Assembly: GCA_964445385.1 (NCBI GenBank)
Contig: CAYULE010000002.1
Location: forward strand, 1-41,721
DNA from: an uncultured Smithella sp.
GTDB taxonomy: Bacteria; Desulfobacterota; Syntrophia; Syntrophales; Smithellaceae
Direction: 5' to 3'
DNA: 41,721 bases
In this document: positions 35,846 to 41,721 of the stretch, one piece after another
How the letters are laid out: every line of letters starts with the position of its first letter
How positions within the stretch are numbered: position 1 is the stretch's first letter
The notes under the pieces: model-generated
The model's input: only the letters and a program-made list of their open reading frames with translations
Told to the model about the DNA's origin: nothing
The model's database searches: none
Made by a program: the position numbers and the translations under genes

Positions 35846-36625
35846 TTATTTAGCGTTCATCCTCTCTAAAGTTTGCTGCGCCTGAACGTTGCCCTGATCG
35901 GCAGCTTTGCGAAGCCACTTCACGGCCTCCTGATCGTCTTTTGCAACGCCTTTGCCCATTAAGCACATAAACCCTAAATTGCTTTGTGCCTGCGCGTAAC
36001 CTTGCGTGGCCGCCTTGAGATACCACTTTACGGCTTCCCGATCATCTTTTGCAACGCCTCGACCATTTTCGTACATGATCCCCAGAGCGGTCTGTGCAAC
36101 AGCATTATCTTGTTCGGCGGCCTTGAGATACCACTTTACCGCCTCCTGATCGTCTTTTTCAATTCCTCGACCATTATCATACATCAGCCCCAGGTTGGAC
36201 TGCGCCTGAGCATTGCCCTGTTCGGCGGCCTTGAGATACCACTTTACCGCCTCCACATCGTTCTTCGCGACGCCCCGGCCTTCCTCGTACATCACTGCCA
36301 GGTTGAATTGTGCATCATGGTTGCCTTGTCCGGCGGCTTTGCCAATCCACTTAATCGCCTCCACATCGTTCTTCGCAACGCCTCGACCTTCGGCATACAT
36401 CATCCCCAGAACCGTCTGCGCCTGAGCGTTGCCCTGCTCGGCAGCTGTTCTAAATTCCAGAAATGCTTTTTTATAATCCTTTTTCCCATAAGCGACTAAT
36501 CCCTCTTTAACCCCAGCATGAACTATGGATATAGAACCAATCAATAGCGTGGCGCTAAATAACCCGACGATCAGAAACATCATTCCTCTGATCATCCAGG
36601 CCATTGCTGTTTTATTTATTTTCAC
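35846..36625 (-). CDS. Sel1-repeat (SLR/TPR-like) protein with signal/anchor sequence
   Basis: GTG start at 36625 with a GGAGGAG RBS. Six tandem 36-aa repeats of the type AQxxLGxMYxxGRGVAKNDVEAVKWYLKAAEQGN. Confidence 0.85.
   Translation of the reverse strand: MKINKTAMAWMIRGMMFLIVGLFSATLLIGSISIVHAGVKEGLVAYGKKDYKKAFLEFRTAAEQGNAQAQTVLGMMYAEGRGVAKNDVEAIKWIGKAAGQGNHDAQFNLAVMYEEGRGVAKNDVEAVKWYLKAAEQGNAQAQSNLGLMYDNGRGIEKDDQEAVKWYLKAAEQDNAVAQTALGIMYENGRGVAKDDREAVKWYLKAATQGYAQAQSNLGFMCLMGKGVAKDDQEAVKWLRKAADQGNVQAQQTLERMNAK
35900..36439. repeat. Five tandem 108-bp units (the coding repeats of the Sel1 protein)
   Basis: Unit boundaries at 35900, 36008, 36116, 36224 and 36332. A recurrent block ggcggccttgagataccactttac appears at 36008, 36116 and 36224. 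Confidence 0.8.
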
Positions 36626-36749
36626 AGATCTCCTCCCTTTCCCAAATCATGATCTTTAATTCTATCTGACCTTCTTGCGGAATCTTTATCATCAAATCAT
36701 CTATGCAACTCTGTTACACGTCCTGACTGAGCCAAAGGCGCAGAGACTG

Positions 36750-37919
36750 CTAGATATTGCCCAGTAATTGATAGAATAGCTTCGTTGTCATGGATATATT
36801 GGTAGCTGTACCGAAAACAAAATTTCTGAACATGTGAGAAAGGCGGTCATATTCCTGCTGAAGCGCCCGGCTGTCAAGAATATCCGCCTCAAAAGGGTCG
36901 GATATCATAACGGATGCGGATAACGGTTCATGACCGAAAGCCATAAAAGGGATCTTTCCAAAAACATCGTCGACACCCAGGGACAGAAGATGAACATCTC
37001 CCTTGGGGCCTTTGCCGATAATATCGGCCGTCCCTTCTCTGATGATATAGAGATCTGTATTATTTTGAAATTTGTTATCGAAGACTTTATCCTCCGGCAA
37101 TGCTCTTGGCGGCCTCCCGATATAGGCCTGAACAGCAATATCATTAATCGGCCGCAATCGGTTATCCAGGCTGATCAGGATCTTTCTGAAATCCTGGGAC
37201 AATGCTTCATATTCCTGATGAAGAGTTTCCGCGTCCAGGATGCACAATTGGACGTTACCTTCTGCAATCGCCGTGGCAATTCGTTCATATTTACCACCGT
37301 ATATCAGTGACCGCAGCGTTCCTAAAAAGCATCCTTCGCCAAGCCTGGCCAGGGTGATGGCGCCTTTCGATGTCTCCCTGACAATCCTGACCGTGCCATC
37401 AGCTATGGCCCACAACCACTTACCGTATTCGCCCTCTTTCACAATAACGGCACCGTCAGGGTAAGAATATTCTGCTGTAACATAAAAATAATCCACCGGG
37501 GGCCCTTTAAGAGGATCCATTTTTTTGTCGTCAGAGCCTGTTTCTTCCATATCTTGCTGATCGAGATGATCAGGACCAACCATGGCTATCTTTCCGTCAT
37601 CCAGCAATCTTGAGGCATCCAGAACGACTTCCATCATGCTTTTTTTTACATTATTTTCGATACCGGTTAAGTCCTCTTCGGAAAAATCATATTTTCCATC
37701 AGTCCATCCAAACAGAGCATAGACGGCCTCAAGCCCTTTCACATTACCGCAGTAAGCATTGACCGGATTTCCGCCGACAAAATATACAACGGCCGTATCT
37801 GCTGAATAGTTGCTTCGCAAACTCAGTCTTCCGGTACAATTATTACCACCGAGTAATTGAAAAACATCGGCAAGAGATAAAAAAAGCAGGCTTCCGGAGA
37901 ATACGATATTATCAGTCAT
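36750..37919 (-). CDS. DUF4388 (PATAN-like) domain protein with two cyclic-nucleotide-binding-like domains
   Basis: 389 aa. The N-terminus GSLLFLSLADVFQLLGGNNCTGRLSL is typical of DUF4388. Two cNMP-like beta-roll segments follow: IVKEGEYGKWLWAIADGTVRIV...LGEGCFLG and IIREGTADIIGKG...LGVDDVFG. Confidence 0.7.
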   Translation of the reverse strand: MTDNIVFSGSLLFLSLADVFQLLGGNNCTGRLSLRSNYSADTAVVYFVGGNPVNAYCGNVKGLEAVYALFGWTDGKYDFSEEDLTGIENNVKKSMMEVVLDASRLLDDGKIAMVGPDHLDQQDMEETGSDDKKMDPLKGPPVDYFYVTAEYSYPDGAVIVKEGEYGKWLWAIADGTVRIVRETSKGAITLARLGEGCFLGTLRSLIYGGKYERIATAIAEGNVQLCILDAETLHQEYEALSQDFRKILISLDNRLRPINDIAVQAYIGRPPRALPEDKVFDNKFQNNTDLYIIREGTADIIGKGPKGDVHLLSLGVDDVFGKIPFMAFGHEPLSASVMISDPFEADILDSRALQQEYDRLSHMFRNFVFGTATNISMTTKLFYQLLGNI

Positions 37920-37964
37920 AGAAATTAGTTTCCGTCCTTAAGGTCCGTTCTGTCCACAGGTGGC

Positions 37965-37993
37965 AATATAGGAAACGCTCACTTGCATGTCAA
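37965..37993 (-). promoter_or_regulatory. Near-consensus sigma70 promoter for the DUF4388/cNMP gene
   Basis: The minus strand reads TTGACA, a 17-nt spacer, then TATATT (plus-strand coordinates TGTCAA 37988-37993 and AATATA 37965-37970). Lies about 45 nt upstream of the ATG at 37919. Confidence 0.45.
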
Positions 37994-38074
37994 GAAAATC
38001 TTAGCGATGCAAAACAGAATGAGGGGGTATCAACGGAGGTGTGCCGATTGTAACATAACGCCAACGCAAAACGG

Positions 38075-38257
38075 TCATCGAACTTGAATTTTCGCCCCTT
38101 CCGTCAGGGCGCCGCCAAGGCCTATCTCGTTTTCCATTTCGTCATAGACTTTCTTGCCCTCTTTAATCAGGTCGATCAACTGTGCGGTGACAAGCGCGTG
38201 CCTGACTGTCATTCCCGGAATCAGATCAATTTCTTGATCATTGATATATACTTTCAT
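38075..38257 (-). CDS. Small 60-aa protein, possibly a ThiS/MoaD-like beta-grasp without terminal Gly-Gly
   Basis: AGAGGA RBS 6 nt upstream of the ATG. MKVYINDQEIDLIPGMTVRHAL...LTEGAKIQVR resembles ThiS-type proteins but ends in VR. Confidence 0.4.
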   Translation of the reverse strand: MKVYINDQEIDLIPGMTVRHALVTAQLIDLIKEGKKVYDEMENEIGLGGALTEGAKIQVR

Positions 38258-38376
38258 ATGGAATCCTCTTCTGCACGCTTGCTATCCCATGTAGAACTCG
38301 TCAGTCAGCAGCGTTGACATGGTGCGCTCCTGTTTGTCCTGACCTTTCAGATATGCGATTCAATGACCCGACCCTG

Positions 38377-39942
38377 TTACTTCACTTCCCTGATCCGCCC
38401 TTCAACCTTCGGTGAAATCGTCTTTTGAGCTTTAATGAAGTCAATAACTACATCCCGCAACCACCTTCCGGAGTCGCTGTATACCAGCTTATCCCCTTTC
38501 ATGGCTCCGCCGATAACGGCATAATCTCTGGATGACTTCACCGCATCACCAAATGCCTTGTAACCATCGCCGCCAGCCGCCAGAAAATCATTGGTTGCCA
38601 CGGTATAGTCTTTGTCAGCCACCAGGAGACTTCCACCAATATACACATCTTTTACCCTCGAACCTTTCGGGCCAAGCCGGTCATAGCTGAAGACCAGACC
38701 GGAGACCTGGGGGAATCTGCCCTCTTCTTCCTCAATCGCCGAAACACCATGCTCCAGAGTGTCACGAATCTGTTTTCCTGTCAGTTTGATGGCAACGATA
38801 TAGTTATCAAAAGGAACAACCGCGTACACATCGCTGACCCTGACCGTGCCCTTCCTGATGCTGGTACGAATCGTCCCCCCGTTAATGATCGCCGCATCAG
38901 CCCCTGATGTCTTTCTCATAATATCGGTGATAAGATTTCCAAGATTTGTTTCCTGCCGTCTTACATTAACTCCATCAAGATCAGCCGGCGTTTCACCTAC
39001 CGTCTCGTTCATGACAGCATCGACCTTCTGCTGGTATTTCGCAACAATCTGCCCCACGGCTTTGTCTTCGTTTCCGGTTGGCGCTACAGGATCCAGTCGG
39101 CCATCGGCTCGCACGATGCGGCCGTTTTTCACGGTGAGATCCAGCACGCCAAGAACTTTACCATGCTCGAAAGCCTGCACAATATGCGTCTTGCCGATAA
39201 CCGCCGGCTTTGCGACTTTCGTATGTGAGTGACCGCCAACGATGACATCGATGCCGTCAACTTTTTTTGCAAGATCAATGTCTGCGCTGAATCCTATGTG
39301 AGAAAGCACGACGATAACATCGGTTTTCCCTTTGAGCTCCCGCACATATTTTTCAACCATCTCAACAGGAGGAAGGAATTGCAGTCCCGATACATTTTTA
39401 GGGTGAGTTGTAACCGGTGTATCACCGGTTACAATCCCGATGACCGCAATGGAAAGCCCGTCAACATCCTTAATCATATAAGGTTTAAGAGTACCAAGCC
39501 CTATAACGTTTGCTCCGAGAACAGGGAAATTTGCTTCGCCGATCCTCTCCGTGAGGATTGCCTGTCCGAAATCGAACTCGTGATTACCTACGACCATCGC
39601 ATCAAAATTCATGGCATTCATCGCTTCAATAGATGACTTACCCTGAAAAAGGTTCGCCCAATTATTGCCCTGGATCATGTCTCCCGCAGCAAGGAATAAT
39701 GTCGGTTTTTCAGCCCGAAGCTGTTTGGCCCGCTGTGCAAGAAAGGCCAGACCTCCCTGGGGCACATTAGAACCGTATGGCTTATATGCGGTGGCAAATC
39801 CATGAAAATCATTGATGTGAAGGATTCTAATCTCCCGTTGAGTCGCGCATGACAGGAGAGTGACGGTCAATAGCAGAAAAAAGCAAATCCTAAGCAATGG
39901 TTTGATTCTCTTTGACTGTTTAAAAAGATAGGGCTTCTTCAT
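38377..39942 (-). CDS. 5'-nucleotidase / UDP-sugar hydrolase family metallophosphoesterase, lipoprotein
   Basis: 521 aa. Lipobox LLSC. Metallophosphatase motifs ILHINDFHG, GDMIQGN, GNHEFD and GGHSH, plus a C-terminal 5'-nucleotidase domain. Confidence 0.85.
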   Translation of the reverse strand: MKKPYLFKQSKRIKPLLRICFFLLLTVTLLSCATQREIRILHINDFHGFATAYKPYGSNVPQGGLAFLAQRAKQLRAEKPTLFLAAGDMIQGNNWANLFQGKSSIEAMNAMNFDAMVVGNHEFDFGQAILTERIGEANFPVLGANVIGLGTLKPYMIKDVDGLSIAVIGIVTGDTPVTTHPKNVSGLQFLPPVEMVEKYVRELKGKTDVIVVLSHIGFSADIDLAKKVDGIDVIVGGHSHTKVAKPAVIGKTHIVQAFEHGKVLGVLDLTVKNGRIVRADGRLDPVAPTGNEDKAVGQIVAKYQQKVDAVMNETVGETPADLDGVNVRRQETNLGNLITDIMRKTSGADAAIINGGTIRTSIRKGTVRVSDVYAVVPFDNYIVAIKLTGKQIRDTLEHGVSAIEEEEGRFPQVSGLVFSYDRLGPKGSRVKDVYIGGSLLVADKDYTVATNDFLAAGGDGYKAFGDAVKSSRDYAVIGGAMKGDKLVYSDSGRWLRDVVIDFIKAQKTISPKVEGRIREVK

Positions 39943-40017
39943 GTTTAACCTATAAGAAATCGGGCATCATATGTCAATTAAATATTGATATTCGTATGTT
40001 GCGAAAGGGAGGAAGCT

Positions 40018-41379
40018 TTATTTATCCACCCGAATGAGCATTGCGTCACCCTGTGCGTGTCCTGAGCAAATCCCGCAGACGCCGTATCCGCCGCCGCGCC
40101 GCTGCAGTTCATACCCCAGCGTCATGGCAATCCGGGCTCCGGTGGCTCCGATGGGGTGACCATAGGCCACCGCGCCGCCATTGATATTCACCTTTTTAAA
40201 CATGTCTTCTTTCGTCATGCCCAGAATGGCACGGCAACTCACCAGCGCCACTGCGGCGAAGGCTTCGTTGATTTCAATGACCTCCATCTGATCAATCGTC
40301 AGATCATTTTGTTCCAGAATCTTTTTTATGGCCAGTCCGGGCACGGTCGCGATATCTTTGGTCGGCTGCGATACTTCGGCATAATCCACTATGGTGAAAA
40401 TCGGCTTGAGGCCCAGTTCATCGGCTTTCTCCCGGCTCATAAGCAGACAAACATCACCGCCGTCATTGACACCGGGGGCGTTTCCGGCGGTGACGCTGCC
40501 GGGTTCACCGGTTACGGTGCTTTTATGGTTAAAAACCGGCGGGAGCTTGGCCAGTCCTTCCAGGGTGGTCTCCGGCCTTGGTCCTTCGTCCTTATCCATC
40601 ACGATGACTTTTTTGCCTTGCTTAACTTCCACGGGGAAAATTTCGGAATCAAGCTTTCCTTCATTCATGGCCCGGACGGCGCTTAACTGAGAATTCAACG
40701 CCCATTCATCCTGCTCGGCCCTTGTAAAGCCGAACTCATCGGCCACTTCCGAGCCGTGAATCGCCATGTGACGATCATAGAAAGCGTCCCAGAGTCCGTC
40801 ATACACCATCGCGTCGACCACACGGCCGTTGGGCAGACCCATCCTGGCGCCCCAGCGCATATCGGGCAGCACAAACGGGCAATTGCTCATGCTTTCCTGA
40901 CCGCCGGCAATACAGATATCGGCGCGCCCCAGCAGAATCATTTGAAACGCCAGATCAATCGTTTTGATGCCGGACGAGCAAACCTTATTGACGGTAATGG
41001 AAGGAACGGATTCCGGCACACCTGCCAGAATGGTGGCCTGCCGCCCGGGGATTTGACCGCATCCGGCGGGTACCACCTGCCCCATGAATATGTAATCAAC
41101 GTCCGCTGGATTCACCTTGCCCCCGGTCCGGCGCAGGACTTCTTTGATCGCCAGCGCGCCCAGCTCCATGGCGGAAAAGTCTTTCAGCGCGCCGCCGGAA
41201 CGGCCATACGGCGTCCGGCAGGCTTCCACGCAAACAACCTCACGAAATTTCTTGTGAGGATTTTTTATCTTTCGGCCCATGGTGGTAAAGTCAGGTTTTC
41301 TCTCGCCAAACGCGGCAATAGGCGCATTTTTATAAATTTCAGATTTCTTTCTATCCAATTTTTGCGGTACTTTCGACAT
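40018..41379 (-). CDS. Thiolase (acetyl-CoA C-acyltransferase) with an N-terminal extension of about 45 aa
   Basis: 453 aa. GGGAGA RBS. Nucleophile motif NKVCSSGIKT, plus NINGGAVAYGHPIGATGAR and the C-terminal GICSGHAQG. Confidence 0.85.
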   Translation of the reverse strand: MSKVPQKLDRKKSEIYKNAPIAAFGERKPDFTTMGRKIKNPHKKFREVVCVEACRTPYGRSGGALKDFSAMELGALAIKEVLRRTGGKVNPADVDYIFMGQVVPAGCGQIPGRQATILAGVPESVPSITVNKVCSSGIKTIDLAFQMILLGRADICIAGGQESMSNCPFVLPDMRWGARMGLPNGRVVDAMVYDGLWDAFYDRHMAIHGSEVADEFGFTRAEQDEWALNSQLSAVRAMNEGKLDSEIFPVEVKQGKKVIVMDKDEGPRPETTLEGLAKLPPVFNHKSTVTGEPGSVTAGNAPGVNDGGDVCLLMSREKADELGLKPIFTIVDYAEVSQPTKDIATVPGLAIKKILEQNDLTIDQMEVIEINEAFAAVALVSCRAILGMTKEDMFKKVNINGGAVAYGHPIGATGARIAMTLGYELQRRGGGYGVCGICSGHAQGDAMLIRVDK

Positions 41380-41603
41380 GTCGTTCTCCCCCCCTGTCTA
41401 TCCTAATCGGTATTTATCCAACACAATATTTGTTTGTTATTTTCCAAGAATGCATTTTTCTTGCACAGAGATTTCATTTAGTCAACTATTTTACGATCAT
41501 GTTTTTGCTTACAATGCTTGATGGAAACTGTTTGACGAATAAACATTAATACTATAAAACTTTTGTAACCTTATGCGATAGTAAAAAACATTGAGCCTTC
41601 TTC

Positions 41604-41721
41604 ATGGATAAAATAAACAAAAGTTTAACCCTCCGCGTTCTGTTGCTCCTTGTGTTAATCAGTCTCGGCGTTTATCTGTTTATTCACTTTGACCTGTTCA
41701 GATTTTTCAGAGACAAGCAGC
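41604..41721 (+). CDS. Partial (5' end only) membrane protein, possibly TVP38/TMEM64 (DedA-related) family
   Basis: MDKINKSLTLRVLLLLVLISLGVYLFIHFDLFRFFRDKQ... runs off the end of the window. Only 39 codons are visible. Confidence 0.3.
   Translation, partial: MDKINKSLTLRVLLLLVLISLGVYLFIHFDLFRFFRDKQ

Noticed and set aside
40156-41406. Plus-strand ORFs 40156-40686, 40391-40690 and 40756-41406.
   Set aside because: They are antisense to the thiolase gene and have Gly/Arg/His-rich mirror-frame composition.
1-41721. A search for CRISPR arrays, tRNA/rRNA genes, intact IS elements, integrases, toxin-antitoxin pairs or phage-defence genes.
   Set aside because: No regularly spaced direct repeats, tRNA-like cloverleaf candidates, transposase/integrase ORFs or defence-type domains were recognised. 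Small RNAs cannot be excluded without tools.

Overview
This looks like a bacterial chromosomal window, roughly 50% GC by eye. The gene content resembles Desulfobacterota or syntroph-type genomes, but I could not verify that. I count about 38 protein-coding genes and saw no rRNA, tRNA, CRISPR array or intact mobile element. All calls rest on motif recognition in the supplied ORF translations and on reading the DNA by hand; no database search was possible.

Layout:
- 315-7323: signalling genes. These are a short MCP, a PstS-like periplasmic binding protein translationally coupled to a PAS-rich hybrid histidine kinase, a TauE/SafE permease, and a PAS-LuxR one-component regulator.
- 7611-16108: a Liv/HAAT-type ABC importer operon with an unusual layout (livM, livH, an embedded lipoprotein, two tandem paralogous binding proteins, livG, livF). 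It ends in a 600-aa acyl-CoA ligase.
- 16327-30537: the most interesting block. A TetR regulator plus a FadD-like ligase are divergent from an operon that encodes two acyl-CoA dehydrogenases with different catalytic-base architecture, an MCC/GCC-type carboxyltransferase, separate biotin carboxylase and BCCP genes, a single-Glu crotonase, AtuA (DUF1446), a crotonase-fold protein lacking both canonical Glu, and another 600-aa ligase. This is an Atu/Liu-like carboxylation pathway for 3-methyl-branched acyl-CoAs. No recognisable HMG-CoA-lyase-type or SDR gene occurs anywhere in the window.
- 30628-30780: directly downstream of that block, a relic copy of the 5' end of the ligase gene at 14306. It has 8 mismatches over a 127-nt core, mostly synonymous, and the start codon is deleted.
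- 30840-41721: an orphan Liv-type binding protein, an OMP beta-barrel, a hotdog thioesterase, a possible GGDEF remnant, a LysE exporter, a Sel1-repeat protein with 108-bp DNA periodicity, a DUF4388 plus dual-cNMP-domain protein, a 5'-nucleotidase lipoprotein, a thiolase, and a partial membrane-protein gene.
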